Assembly (NCBI GenBank): GCA_963728405.1
Contig: CAVSJV010000005.1
Location: 32,001 to 96,000 of the forward strand
Reading direction: 5' to 3'
DNA: 64,000 nt
Origin: Methanomassiliicoccaceae archaeon
Lineage (GTDB): Archaea; Thermoplasmatota; Thermoplasmata; Methanomassiliicoccales; Methanomassiliicoccaceae
A program made the translations under genes and the position numbers. Shown here one piece after another: positions 44,190-55,545 of this stretch. The notes below the pieces were generated by a model that worked only from the letters and a program-made list of their open reading frames with translations, made no database searches and had not been told where the DNA came from. The first letter of the stretch is position 1. Each line of letters begins with the position of its first letter.

Positions 44190-44877
44190 GTGAATATCAT
44201 TTCCGATCACGATTTTCCTATGAACGCCATTATCGACATGGCTCGAATAATATCGACCTCTGGGCAGGTAGGCAAGAAGGAATCGAAGACCGAGGCCGAG
44301 AGCCTGGTGAACGGTCTCATCGGAACAGCGGACCACGAATTCTCCCGCCGGTTCGGGTCCAACTATTGGAACCACCTCAAGGCCCTGCTCAACGACTACG
44401 TCATGTCGAGGGGGCTGGGGGACGGGTTCGTGGTGAAGGGCTCCCCGTTCCACTGGCACAACGCCATCGGGACGAAGTGCTCAGCGGTCATCCTGAGAAA
44501 GAACTTCTTCCGAGGGGATGCGCACGTCGAACCGGAGCTTTTCCTGGACTGTGGGTCTGCTGGCCGGCGCGAACGGGACCCTGGTCCCAGGGGTCAGTTG
44601 TGGCTTCCACTATCTGTCATCTATGGAGGGGGACAGGAGCAATTTCATCCAAGGGGTTCTGAAGGACCAGGAACTAAGATCTCTGGCCTGGGCCCTCTCC
44701 AACAACGGCTTCGCCAACCCTTCCCTAAGGTCGAACGATGGTTCATCGTTCTGGAACATGGGTGCCTCATTGGTCAAGGTCTGGGGCGAGGGCGAGATAC
44801 CTAGGGACCTGAAGCAGAAGGTTCACGAGGCCTTCGATGAGCTGTTCCCCCTATATGAGAAGATAATCACACTGTGA
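44190..44877 (+). CDS. Hypothetical protein (one frameshift near 44540)
   Basis: Two overlapping ORFs; ends AFDELFPLYEKI. Confidence 0.5.
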
Positions 44878-44926
44878 TGCCAAAACCATAATTGGTAATG
44901 TGTCGATGAACGGATGAAGGGAGCAG

Positions 44927-45706
44927 ATGAGCGACGACAGGGAGAGGGCCCGGCCTGAGGATGTGTTCTCTCAACGGGCGGAGTTCTACGCCCAGAGCAA
45001 GATACACGATGACAAGGAGACGCTCTCCTGGCTGGTGGAGCTGGCCATGCCCCGGAAGGACATGATCGCCCTGGACGTGGGAACGGGAACAGGCCACACC
45101 GCCATGGCCTTGGCCCCTCACTTGAAGGAGGTGGACGCCATCGATCTTACCGAGGCGATGATGGTCGAGGGCCGGAAGCTGTGCGCCCAGAGGGGAATCG
45201 TCAACGTCCACTTCATGCTCGGTGACGCTATGCGCATCCCCTTTCCGAATGAACATTTCAACATCGTCACCTGCCGCCGGGCCGCCCACCATTTCGGGGA
45301 CATCAAAAAGGCGCTCGTCGAGATGGCCCGGGTGCTAAGACCCGGAGGTCGAATGGTCATCGACGACCGGAGCATACCAGAGGATGACGAGCTCGACACA
45401 ACGATCAACCGGCTGGATGCGCTCCATGATCCCTCACATGTCCGTGACTATCGACCGTCAGAATGGATGCAGTTCTCGAGGATCGCGGGTCTGGAGATCG
45501 AGGCGATGAGGATGTACCGCAAGCATATTCCCCTTACCCATTTCACCGACAAGGTCACGCCGGCGACGGCGAAGGAGATGAAGCAGGTGGCCGAAGAAAT
45601 GTCCGAACGAGCTAAGAAGGTCGTCAATTATGAAATGGCCGATGGTAATATCGTCATGGACAACTTCTTCAGCATCCTGGTGGCAGGGAAGAGATCGGTG
45701 AACTGA
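44927..45706 (+). CDS. Class I SAM-dependent methyltransferase
   Basis: LDVGTGTG, GDA..IPF, AAHHF, RVLRPGG, DPSHVR. Confidence 0.9.
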   Translation: MSDDRERARPEDVFSQRAEFYAQSKIHDDKETLSWLVELAMPRKDMIALDVGTGTGHTAMALAPHLKEVDAIDLTEAMMVEGRKLCAQRGIVNVHFMLGDAMRIPFPNEHFNIVTCRRAAHHFGDIKKALVEMARVLRPGGRMVIDDRSIPEDDELDTTINRLDALHDPSHVRDYRPSEWMQFSRIAGLEIEAMRMYRKHIPLTHFTDKVTPATAKEMKQVAEEMSERAKKVVNYEMADGNIVMDNFFSILVAGKRSVN

Positions 45707-45830
45707 GCTTTCACGACCGCATATGGGCCGTTGGTAAACAACAGCTCACTAGCTCTCAGGCACTCATCCTTAACCTGCCGGGCTGCTCTCATCGCACAAT
45801 GTTTATAATATATCATAATGTTCGGCAAGT

Positions 45831-46853
45831 GTGGCCTGGAACTGCGCGCCCAGCTGCATAGGTTCGTTACCGCACACCGACCCAGCCAGGGCAGTGGACT
45901 TCGTACTAGATAAGCTCAAGATTATTCCCTTCTGGCCCCAGCTGCCCCGGACGGGGTTCCGGGAGAACATGTACATACAGTTCGCACACTATCTGCCCGG
46001 GGTGAAGGTGGATGAGGTCAAGAAGAGAGTGCATGTGGACCTCACCAACTACGATCCGGAGGACATCTACACCAAGATCCTGGCGGACGATGTCGATGCG
46101 TTCTCACTTCCCAAGGAGAACTTCTCAGGCTTTTACGAGTTCATGTCCCGGGAGATGCCATCCACCGTCCAGGCGGTCAAGGGACAGATCACTGGTCCCG
46201 TATCCCTCGGTCTCCAGATGACCGATCAGGACGACAAGCCGATTATCTATGACGAGGCCTATTCGGAGATCGTCCGTAAGAACCTCAATCTTATGGCCCG
46301 TTGGCAGGAGCGAGAGCTGCGCAAGAAATGCCCACAGACCATCATGTTCATTGACGAGCCTTACCTCTCGATCATCGGCACGCCGTTCGCCTCGGTATCC
46401 CAAGCGGACGTGATCAAGTGGATCGACGAGGTCACCTTCGGGCTGGAAGGTAAGAAGGGCATACACTGCTGTGCCAACACCGACTGGCCGTTCGTCATGA
46501 GCATGGACATCGATGTACTCTCGTTCGACGCGTATGATTACGGTTACACGATCGCCCTTTATCCCGCTGAGGTGGAAAAGTTTCTGAAGAAGGGCGGTTG
46601 CCTAGCCTGGGGGATCGTTCCCAACAATGAAGAGACGGTAAGGAAGGAGAATGCCTCCTCGATGGTCAAGCACGTCGAGAAGCTCTTCCATTCCCTGGAG
46701 GAGAAGGGCATCGAGCAGGAACTGCTGCTGAAACAATCCATCTTCACGCCCCAATGCGGCCTCAGCGGTCTGGACGAGACGGCTAGTGCCAACGCCATGG
46801 ACCTCCTATTGGGCATCTCGAAAGAACTAAGGACGCGCCACTCGCTGGTATAG
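45831..46853 (+). CDS. Folate-independent core methionine synthase (MesB-like)
   Basis: IGSLPH, PFWPQLP, KGQITGP, FIDEP, HCC, WGIVP, TPQCGL; located among acs genes. Confidence 0.8.
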   Translation: MAWNCAPSCIGSLPHTDPARAVDFVLDKLKIIPFWPQLPRTGFRENMYIQFAHYLPGVKVDEVKKRVHVDLTNYDPEDIYTKILADDVDAFSLPKENFSGFYEFMSREMPSTVQAVKGQITGPVSLGLQMTDQDDKPIIYDEAYSEIVRKNLNLMARWQERELRKKCPQTIMFIDEPYLSIIGTPFASVSQADVIKWIDEVTFGLEGKKGIHCCANTDWPFVMSMDIDVLSFDAYDYGYTIALYPAEVEKFLKKGGCLAWGIVPNNEETVRKENASSMVKHVEKLFHSLEEKGIEQELLLKQSIFTPQCGLSGLDETASANAMDLLLGISKELRTRHSLV

Positions 46854-46856
46854 GCC

Positions 46857-47612
46857 GTGACGTACATAGTGGCCGTGGCGGGCAAGGGCGGTGTTGGGAA
46901 GAGCACTATCTCCGCCCTGATGGTCCGCGAGCTGGCCCGTAGGTCTGGAAAGATCGTCCTGGCGGTGGATGCCGATCCCAACTCTAACCTGGGCGATAAG
47001 CTGGGCGTGAAGGTGGAGAGGACCATCGGCGACCTGCGGGAGGACCTGTTGAAACGCTCGGACGAGATCGCCGCGGGCGGCTCCAAGCACGAGGCGGTCA
47101 TCTACCAGCTTCGCCTGGCCATGGTCGAAGGGAAGGACTTCGACCTAGTGACCATGGGGCGGTCGGAGGGACGCGGCTGCTACTGTTACATCAATAATCT
47201 GCTGCGGACCTTCCTGGACGAGGTCATGGACGACTACCCATATGTGGTCATCGACAACGAGGCAGGGATGGAGCATCTGTCCAGAAGAACATGCCAGCGC
47301 ATGGACGTGCTGCTGGTGGTATCGGACGCCACGAAGGTGGGGCTGGACACCGCCGGCCGCATTCTGGCGCTGGCCAAGGAGATGGAACTCGAGGTGGGCT
47401 CCTTCGTTCTGGCGATTAATCGGACCAGGCCTATTGGCTCAGATCAATTAGGAACGATCATTCCGGACGGTTTCCACCAGGTCGTCCTATTGCCTGTTGA
47501 TGAAGAGGTCGAGAGGTTCGCCGTCCAAGGGCGTCCGCTCACACAACTGGAGACAGGGAGCGACCTGGCCCAGGCGGTGCGGGGAATGGTCCAGGGATTC
47601 GTCAGGACCTGA
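46857..47612 (+). CDS. cooC: CooC/AcsF nickel-insertion ATPase
   Basis: AGKGGVGKS, VDADPN, GCYC, DNEAGMEHLSR. Confidence 0.92.
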   Translation: MTYIVAVAGKGGVGKSTISALMVRELARRSGKIVLAVDADPNSNLGDKLGVKVERTIGDLREDLLKRSDEIAAGGSKHEAVIYQLRLAMVEGKDFDLVTMGRSEGRGCYCYINNLLRTFLDEVMDDYPYVVIDNEAGMEHLSRRTCQRMDVLLVVSDATKVGLDTAGRILALAKEMELEVGSFVLAINRTRPIGSDQLGTIIPDGFHQVVLLPVDEEVERFAVQGRPLTQLETGSDLAQAVRGMVQGFVRT

Positions 47613-47651
47613 CCCACCGTGATCACCGGGGAACGGCTGGCGGATCTCGGC

Positions 47652-48974
47652 TCACAGCGTCTTGAGCAGCTTCGGTATGCCCGACGATTCCCTGGGGCCC
47701 ACGACGACCTTCAGGCCGGTCAGCTCTTGGAGCTTGCCGGACATGCGAGAGAGCATCCCCGGGATGATCACGATACCGCGTTTGCTCTTCTCCAGCGCCC
47801 CGCTGGAGCGTAGCGCCTCCGCGACGCTGTCGGCGGTCATCTTACCGGCGGCGAACGCGGTCATGACCGATAGCCCCTCGGTATCGACAACCAGTAGCCA
47901 GGCGGGGACCTTCGACTTCTCGATGTCCGCGGCCACGGTGAAATAGGTCAGCGAGAAGTTGGTGGTGAACAGCACCGGAGCGTCCGCCCCAGGGTTATTG
48001 ATGGGGTACAGGCCCGACTTCACCTGGATAGGTACCTGCGGATCGGTGTAGATGTTCTGGCGGAGCACGAACAGCGGTATGGCCTGGGCCGGGTCCAGAT
48101 CATCCAACAGCACGATGCTGCCGTACTTCATGGTCGACACCAGCGCGGTGAGCATCACTTGCGCGTTCCCGCAGGTGTTGGTGATTATCGGGTACCCTAA
48201 TCCGCGGAAGGTCTTCTTGACCGCGTTCTTGCGGACGATGGTGTTCCTTTCCACCGTCTGCTGCAGGCCGGAGGGCATGAGGTCCAATACAATGTCCTCG
48301 ACGCCGGCGGCCTTCACTTTCTCCACCAGGTCGGCGAGGCCGTTGAGATCGTCATGCCTCACCGCCAGCGGGTATCTCAACTCCTTGGCCGCCGCGGCCA
48401 TTTGCTCGATATTTGAAGCGGTGGCGGCGTAGATGAGCGGCCGGTTAAGGCTGCCCCCGGATGCAGCGGCCCTGATCGTCGCTGCGTTATCGGTCATAAG
48501 CACCAGAGGCAGACGGGAAGCGTGCGATACCTTCGCCACCATCGACGCGAACTTCGCCGGGTCCTTTGAATCGTTGCGCACCCCCAGCAGGTCCAGCGCT
48601 AGGGTCTGGCCGACCCGCTCGAACCGAAGCTCTTCGGCCTTCCGGAGCTTGGAGGCGACCTCCTGCTCATTGGCGGTATCGGAGATGACCAGGGCGTACC
48701 GGGTCGGATGGAAGAACTTCTTCTCATGGCGGTACAGCTCGGTCTCGTCCCCCAGCTCTATCTTGGCCTCGCCGCTGCCGATGGTGACCAGCCTTATGGG
48801 CGGGGCGGAGGAAGCCTCCAGCTTAGCCTTGGCCTCGTCCGTCACGTACGGGCAGTCGGCCAGCTTGGCCTTCTGATTGGCGAGCTGCATGGCGAAGGCC
48901 AGGCAGGTGGGGAAGTTGCACTTCCCGCAGTTCTTCTTCGGAAGGAACTTGAAGATCTCGATGGCCGTCGGCAT
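47652..48974 (-). CDS. acsC: Corrinoid Fe-S protein large subunit
   Basis: LPKKNCGKCNFPTCLAFA, YRHEK, RQNIYTDPQ, TTNFSLTY, SVMTAFAAGK. Confidence 0.95.
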   Translation of the reverse strand: MPTAIEIFKFLPKKNCGKCNFPTCLAFAMQLANQKAKLADCPYVTDEAKAKLEASSAPPIRLVTIGSGEAKIELGDETELYRHEKKFFHPTRYALVISDTANEQEVASKLRKAEELRFERVGQTLALDLLGVRNDSKDPAKFASMVAKVSHASRLPLVLMTDNAATIRAAASGGSLNRPLIYAATASNIEQMAAAAKELRYPLAVRHDDLNGLADLVEKVKAAGVEDIVLDLMPSGLQQTVERNTIVRKNAVKKTFRGLGYPIITNTCGNAQVMLTALVSTMKYGSIVLLDDLDPAQAIPLFVLRQNIYTDPQVPIQVKSGLYPINNPGADAPVLFTTNFSLTYFTVAADIEKSKVPAWLLVVDTEGLSVMTAFAAGKMTADSVAEALRSSGALEKSKRGIVIIPGMLSRMSGKLQELTGLKVVVGPRESSGIPKLLKTL

Positions 48975-49925
48975 TTACTTACCTCCGCGCAGTTCGGTGA
49001 TGGCGCCCTGAAGTATCGCTGCCGAACGCGGGCTGCGGACGATGAGGATGTCTGCGCCGGACATCAACGCGGCCAGTCCGGTCGTCGCTTCCCACCAGGT
49101 TCCCCGGTCCTCGACCTCTCCCCAATGGGAATTCTCTTCAGTAGCCTCGCGCGCCTCCCAGGACAGAGTGACATCGCATAGCATCGGCGCCTGGAGCATG
49201 CGGTCGCCCATCAGGGCGGCGATACGGATCCTCTCGTTCACCGAGTAGGAGTACTCGAGGCCCATGCCCAGCCCGGCCATCAAAGGGTCCATGAGCACAT
49301 TGTCGAGCTTCACGCCGAAATCGGCCAGCAAGATGTTCATTTGCTTGGCTAGATTGATGTCCAGGTTGGAGAACGCGATGAGAGCGTGACGGTTCGACAT
49401 CGTCGCGGCGGAGATGGTCTTGTAGGCCTGTTCCTCGGCCTGTCCGAGCAGAACGCGCTCCTTGGCGCAGGCGTTGCTCACGGCCTCCATGGTCCTAGCA
49501 TCCTTCTCCTCGTGTCCGCAACCGTAGACGATCACCGGGACCTTGACCGTGGCCAATAGCTTCAGCACGGTCTGGGCCGCTTCCTCTGCAGGGGCATCCT
49601 TGCCCTCGGGATTAGTGGACTGGAGCTTCAGGCAAACGAGGTCCGCCTTGAAATCCACGACCCACCGCCGAGCCCACTCGGCCGGATCCTTTACGGAATC
49701 GCCGAAGGAACGGACCGCCAGCTCGGTCAGATTGTCCGTGACATCGATAACCTCGCCGGCCAGGAGCTGGCGGTTTCCCAGTCCCTCGTACGACAGGAAG
49801 GGCATGCCCGCCTCTCCGCCGACCAGGACCGGGGAGCGACTCCCGCCCTCAGCCGGGGACGCGCCTAGCGTCACGGTGCCAATCTTTCCTGACCACTTCT
49901 CCTTGGGGACCGGTACTTCGACCAT
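48975..49925 (-). CDS. acsD: Corrinoid Fe-S protein small subunit
   Basis: VGGE.GMPF, DINLAKQ.N, MDP, GLEYSYS..ERIR.AAL.GD. Confidence 0.93.
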   Translation of the reverse strand: MVEVPVPKEKWSGKIGTVTLGASPAEGGSRSPVLVGGEAGMPFLSYEGLGNRQLLAGEVIDVTDNLTELAVRSFGDSVKDPAEWARRWVVDFKADLVCLKLQSTNPEGKDAPAEEAAQTVLKLLATVKVPVIVYGCGHEEKDARTMEAVSNACAKERVLLGQAEEQAYKTISAATMSNRHALIAFSNLDINLAKQMNILLADFGVKLDNVLMDPLMAGLGMGLEYSYSVNERIRIAALMGDRMLQAPMLCDVTLSWEAREATEENSHWGEVEDRGTWWEATTGLAALMSGADILIVRSPRSAAILQGAITELRGGK

Positions 49926-49930
49926 AGGGA

Positions 49931-52088
49931 TCACTCTACGACAGCAGAGGCGGCATCTTCATGAGCGGGGTGATCGACCTTTACCATCCACTCCACGAGG
50001 CCATCGGCCTCGGTGGTGACGGTCTCGTCGGCGATCTTGTCCACGAAGTTCGGCTCTCCGAGCTCCTCGGCCCTCCGCTGCAATGAGGAGCGCATCGCTT
50101 CCTTTAGCTCTTTGGGCATCCACGCTATGCGCAGGAACCCGCCATCAGCGGGGATGAACTTCCGACTGGTAATATACTTTCTTCCCACACCGATGAACCC
50201 GGGGGTCTGCTTGCCGCCGCCCACCGAGCCGGCCAGGGTGGAGAACTTCATGCCGATGGGGGTCATGCCCGGATACTCCCGGTTCACAATGATGACGGCC
50301 TGCATGTCGGCGGTCATTCCGACGATAACCTCGAAGCACCCGCAGGAGGTCATGGGGTCCTCCATCATGGTGTAGGCGTTGAACCGCTCGAGCTTGTGGT
50401 GAGTACCTTCGAAAACGGCCTCGTTGACGCCCTGCCATTGGCCCTTGACCTCATCGATGCACTTCCCCTTGATAATGCTCTGGTTAGGTCCATGGGGGTC
50501 GATTTCGTACGAGGCCCGGGCATCTAACCAGTTCACTGCTCCGCACAGTCCCAGGCGCTCGGGGGTTATTACGCAGATGTGATCTGGTGCAAAAGACTGA
50601 CAGAGTAAACAACTATACGCCGTGTCCACACTCTCGTCCGTCAGACCGGCCAGGCGGGCATCGCGCTGCGTATAGATGTCCAACGCTTCCGGTAACCGTT
50701 TTCTGATCTCCTCCTCGTCGGTTATGATGGTGACCTGGACGCGGGAGACGATGTTGCCGAACTCCTCCTTGAGCTTGGTGATGATGATGTCCCCTAAGTG
50801 CTTGAACCGGAGACCAGCATGAACGGACGCTTTGCTCAACCGGATCCACAGGATGTTCCTCTGGCCGGTATGCCACGCTCCCTCGGCGTAGTTGACGAAG
50901 AGGTGGATCCTTCGCTCCAGCACTCCTTCGAAGTCCTCCTGCATCTTCTTGCCGTAGACGTCCACCAGGATTGCGAGGGAGGTCTTCCCTCCTTCCGGGA
51001 GCGAGTCCACGTCCTTGCCGATAACGGTGATGAGGCCGTCCTTGACCTCGTCCTCGGGCCGAAGCCTTAGTAGCTCGAAAGTGGTGGTCTTGGCCGCGCC
51101 ACCCGCCTCGACATAGGTGTCCGGACGGCGGATGACCTCGCCTTCGAAAGCGGGGCCATAGGCCACCGGTATGTCGACCGGAGCGAGGCGGACCTTGATA
51201 CCCCGGGCCTCCAGGCCGATCTGGACCATCTTTTCCGGTTCCTTGACGTAGATGAGCTTCTCCGGTACGCCCTCTACCGGCTGGTCGGTAATGATCGATG
51301 CACCGTTGAGGATCGCGGCCAGCGCCGCGCCCGCCAGAACCGGATCGATCGGTCCGAACGCCAGGACGAGCACCTTGGGCCTCTTGGCCAGGTAGGCGGC
51401 GATGCCTTCGCGATCGCCCCTCTGCACGCCGCCGAACGATAGCGCTGCGCGAATGGCAAAGTTCAACGCATGAACGATCTGGGTAGACATTCCGACCGGG
51501 TACAGGCGGAACCTTTCCCCCATCTGCACGCCCTTGGAACGCAACTGCTCGATGACCTCGCCGGAGGCGATGATCAGCAGCCCCTTCGCTTGCAGGTCCC
51601 GGACGATCTTGACCAGCGCCTCCGGATCGTTGCTCTTTCCGGCAAGAACGGCCGCCCCAGGGATGGTATCGTCGACAAACGCGACGCCCAGCTCACGGAT
51701 CACCTTGTCGGGCACGAAGCCCATGAAGTCCGTCCCCTCATAGGGGCGCTGGTTCTCCACGTACTTCAACGCCTCGATGACCTCGGCTGGCGATCATGGT
51801 CGCCTCGCCGGCGATCAACGCGTTCCCTATGGTCGGCTCGCTACCCAGCTTCTCACGCTGGGTGCGCAATATCGGGCCGAGCTGTCCGAGGCTCCTGGCC
51901 TCCCGGCCGTCCCAGGCAAAGATCGCCGGCAGCTCGTAGCAAGTCTCCGGGTACTCCACCGCTCGGTCGGCTCCGAGTCGGGACAGCGCATCCTGTAATG
52001 CCTCATCGGCCAGGTCCAGGGCGATATTGGCGCCTTGTATGGCCAGTGCGAACACATCTTGGTTGGAGATGGTATGGTCGGAACTCAA
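49931..52088 (-). CDS. acsB: Acetyl-CoA synthase, long bacterial-type (frameshift near 51780)
   Basis: N-terminal YPETCYELP domain; YSCLLCQSFAPDHIC...PERLGLCGA, PMTSCGCFE; ~720 codons in total. Confidence 0.93.
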
Positions 52089-52262
52089 ATGGAACGCCTC
52101 CCGGGCACGGGTCAAAGGGATATAACCTCATCACTTTAGAGATTATTAACCCAATGTGCTTCTTGCTAGCTGGGGGCCATGAATATTGCCACTAGCCTGA
52201 TTTCCAGTGCTTGGCGGTACTTCAAAGCTTCGCCTGAGCCGTCGGTCCTGCCAATGCAGGGC

Positions 52263-53222
52263 CTAGAGCGCGATCGTCTGCAGGTCGTCAACGAAATACT
52301 TGCCCTTCTGCAGCGCCAGCACATCTTCTAACGACGACCGCAGCTTCTCGGTGTCCAGGTCGCACTTGCTGACGTCGGCGATGATGTCCAGGGTCATGGA
52401 CTCATAGAACACCAGGACCTCGCTCTGTAGCGAGACGATGTTCACATCGTGCTTGGCCAGTATGTCGGCGACGCGGCTTATGGCTCCGGGCTTGTCGGGG
52501 ATGACCAGCGATGCGCGCACCAGTTTGGCCTTCGCGTCCATGAGGGTGATGGACAGCACATAGGAATCCATGTCACCGACCATCATCAGTGGCTGCCCGT
52601 CTTTGACCTCCTTCAGCTCGGCCAGGAACTCTTCCGGTACCTCGAACTCACCGTTGCTGATGAGCGTCGGGACCTTGTGCTTGCGCTTGATGAGCTTGGT
52701 CTTGACGGTCCGGGAATCGGCGGCCGCGCCCTTGTTGTAGCGGTCGGCGATATGGGAGATCTGGATGTCCATGATATCCACCATATCGACCAGCGAGGAC
52801 CTCGACTTCTTCAGCGCATCGAACTCGGCCTTCAGCTCGGCTGGCTCACCGTAGTAGGAGAGATCCGCTAGCATCTTCCAGGTCATGGAGACCCCCGATA
52901 TGGTGCTCAGCGAGACGGAGTTCAGGATGTCGACGTTCCGCTCAGCTAGGAACTTCGAGGCCTGAGCGCACGCCCCGGGCTTGTCGATCATGTGGATGGT
53001 GAGCTGGCACAGCTGCCGGTAGTTTTCCGGTCCGAAGGTAGAGAGCACGAGCTCGTACGAGGACATGTCATTGTAATCGTACCGGAACATGGTGCTGAAG
53101 ACCTGGCTTCCATTGACCAGTCCCAGAGCCTGCCCTAGCTCCTCATTGATCTCGATCTTATTCCCGCGCAACCTTCCAAACTGCCAGAGCCTCATTTCAT
53201 GACCCCGAACGCCAAACATCAT
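52263..53222 (-). CDS. Tandem ACT-domain protein
   Basis: IDKPGACA and PDKPGAISRVADILAKHDVNI ACT motifs. Confidence 0.78.
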   Translation of the reverse strand: MMFGVRGHEMRLWQFGRLRGNKIEINEELGQALGLVNGSQVFSTMFRYDYNDMSSYELVLSTFGPENYRQLCQLTIHMIDKPGACAQASKFLAERNVDILNSVSLSTISGVSMTWKMLADLSYYGEPAELKAEFDALKKSRSSLVDMVDIMDIQISHIADRYNKGAAADSRTVKTKLIKRKHKVPTLISNGEFEVPEEFLAELKEVKDGQPLMMVGDMDSYVLSITLMDAKAKLVRASLVIPDKPGAISRVADILAKHDVNIVSLQSEVLVFYESMTLDIIADVSKCDLDTEKLRSSLEDVLALQKGKYFVDDLQTIAL

Positions 53223-53513
53223 TAACCCTGATAAAGATTGGCAATGGCCGAAGGGCTCTGAACAGGACTCATGAATAGATTGGTGATAAATTCACAAATA
53301 TCGAAGCTAAATACAAATTTTCATTACATTTCGTGGGCAAGAAAGCCACAATCTCGATTGTGGGATGTAATCGCGACAATAGTAGTTTCAGAGACCCATC
53401 GGTAACACGTTTATAATCTCGAATCGTCAGAGTTCTGCTGCTTCTGACCTTCAGGATCAAGCACGGCCGAGATTACATGCCGAACTAGCGAAGGAGGGGT
53501 CGCCGAGTTCGCC

Positions 53514-53835
53514 TTGCAGACAGCAGCCTTACCTCTAGGATGTGAAGGCCATTGGCCTGCCGCGGTGATCGCGGCGGTGATCGGAATAGTGACCCTGGCC
53601 CTAGGCTATGGTGCCTTGCAAGGGTGGGGATGGGTATGGACCCTGACCATGGTGGTCATGGTCATTTTGGTCATCATAGGGGCGCTGAACCTACTGGGGG
53701 TCGCTTTTGGAGCATCAGGGGGGGGTGGCGGGCATCGGCGGGATACTGATCCCCCTGATCATCTTGCTCTACATGAACACTAGGGGGGTGCGCACCTGGT
53801 TCGGCAAGGTCAAGGCTCTCCCCCGCCGGGCCTAA
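53514..53835 (+). CDS. Small membrane protein, partial/frameshifted
   Basis: GYGALQGWGWVWTL helices; after a G-run shift IILLYMNTRGVRTWFG; no clear N-terminus. Confidence 0.45.
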
Positions 53836-53937
53836 ATCTTTTCCATACTATCATCCACTGCTCAGTAAAGCATTTTCACGGTTTGCTTCCGAGTAAGGAT
53901 CTCCATATTTTGGCGGATTTGATCATTTTATGAGAAA

Positions 53938-53957
53938 TTATATAGTAGCTAGCTACT
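53938..53957 (+). promoter_or_regulatory. TATA box plus palindromic operator for the PadR-ABC operon
   Basis: TTATATA overlapping the perfect 14-bp palindrome AGTAGCTAGCTACT (53944-53957). Confidence 0.6.
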
Positions 53958-54011
53958 TAGGTAGGCCGGAACCTAGTAGCTCCCTTCCTAGGGAGTTGCC
54001 TGGAGAAGGAA

Positions 54012-54545
54012 ATGTTCGGAAAAGGTCATGAGTATAAGGGCTGCCGGGTCAGCCCCATGCAGCTAACGATCCTGATCCTCCTGCGGGACCGGCCGATGTA
54101 CGGATACGAGGTCCTAAAGGAGCTGAGGGACCACTTCGAAGGCGTTTGGAACCCTCAGACCGGATCGATATATCCTGCTCTCAAGAGATTGGAGGAACAC
54201 GGGCTGGTCATCTCAGAAAAGCGGGAGGGGACCGATTATTATCGCATCTCCGATGAAGGGAGGGCCTGGGTAGTAGAGAGGCTGACCCACTCGCCCAAGG
54301 ACATCCGCCTTTTGACCCGCTACCTGGAGATGCTCGACAAGGCTGCCGCCGACCTTCATATCATTGGCGAAGGGGGACCGCAGCCAGGTCATTTCTCCGA
54401 GATGTTCGAGGAGGATAGCTGCGATCGATCCAGAAGGGCGAAGAAGCTAAGGGAGGCGCGGGAGCGCATAGCCCATCATCTCGCCAACATTGACCTGGAG
54501 CTCAGCGAGATCGACAGGGACAACAAGGGAGGGAATCGAACATGA
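54012..54545 (+). CDS. PadR family regulator
   Basis: PMYGYEV, GSIYPALKRLE..GL, YY.I...G. Confidence 0.92.
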   Translation: MFGKGHEYKGCRVSPMQLTILILLRDRPMYGYEVLKELRDHFEGVWNPQTGSIYPALKRLEEHGLVISEKREGTDYYRISDEGRAWVVERLTHSPKDIRLLTRYLEMLDKAAADLHIIGEGGPQPGHFSEMFEEDSCDRSRRAKKLREARERIAHHLANIDLELSEIDRDNKGGNRT

Positions 54546-55541
54546 CTGCGATTGTGGAAGTGGAGAACCTGACCAAGCGGTTCAGCGAGGAGCGTGCTGG
54601 CCGTGGACGGGATATCCTTCACGGTTAACGAAGGCGAGATCTTTGGGTTCCTGGGCCCCAACGGGGCGGGAAAGTCGACGACCATCAATATGTTGACCAC
54701 GCTGCTCCGGCCGACCGGGGGGAAGGCGCTGGTGGCCGGTCTGAACATAGCGACCCAGCAGGATGATGTGCGCAAGGTCATCGGTCTGGTCCCTCAGGAC
54801 CTCACCGTGGACGATGAGCTGTCTGGCTGGGAGAACATGTACCTGCAGGCCGACCTGTACAACGTACCGAAGGACGAGGCCAAGCGGGACATCGAGGACC
54901 TTATTCATGTCGTGAACCTGGAGGACGCCGCTGACCGCCGCGTTAAGACCTATTCTGGCGGAATGAGGAAGAGGCTGGAACTGGCCGAAGGACTGATCCA
55001 CCATCCCCGCATCCTGTTCCTGGACGAGCCGACCCTGGGTCTCGACATCCAGACCAGGGCGGCCATCTGGGAGTACATCAAGGACCTCAAGGCCAAGCAC
55101 AACATCACCGTGTTCCTGACGACCCACTATCTGGAGGAAGCTGACGGCCTATGCGATCGCATCGGCATCATCGACCATGGCAAGATCGTCGCGCTCGATA
55201 CCCCGGCCACGCTCAAGCGGTCGGTGGGCGGGGACGTCATCGAGCTGAAGGTGGAGAGCGCCATGGACCTCACCGATCCTATCAAGAACGTCGAGGGCAT
55301 CCTGGACGTCAAGAAGGAGAACGACACCTATCGCATCAAGGCCTTAAAAGGCGAGGCGGCGATCCCGAAGGTGCTGCTGGCGGTCACCAATAACGGTGGC
55401 ACGGTGTCCAATGTATCACTGCACCGGCCCAGCCTGGACCAGGCCTTCCTGGAGTACACCGGACGGTCATTACGGGATGCTGAATCGAGCGGCGGGTTCG
55501 ATCGCATGGCCGCTTCCCGCGCCTCAAGAAGGAGGCGGTAA
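54542..55541 (+). CDS. ABC exporter ATP-binding protein (DrrA-like), N-terminal frameshift
   Basis: VEVENLTKRF, GPNGAGKST, YSGGM, LDEPT, TTHYLEEA. Confidence 0.93.
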
Positions 55542-55545
55542 GGTG

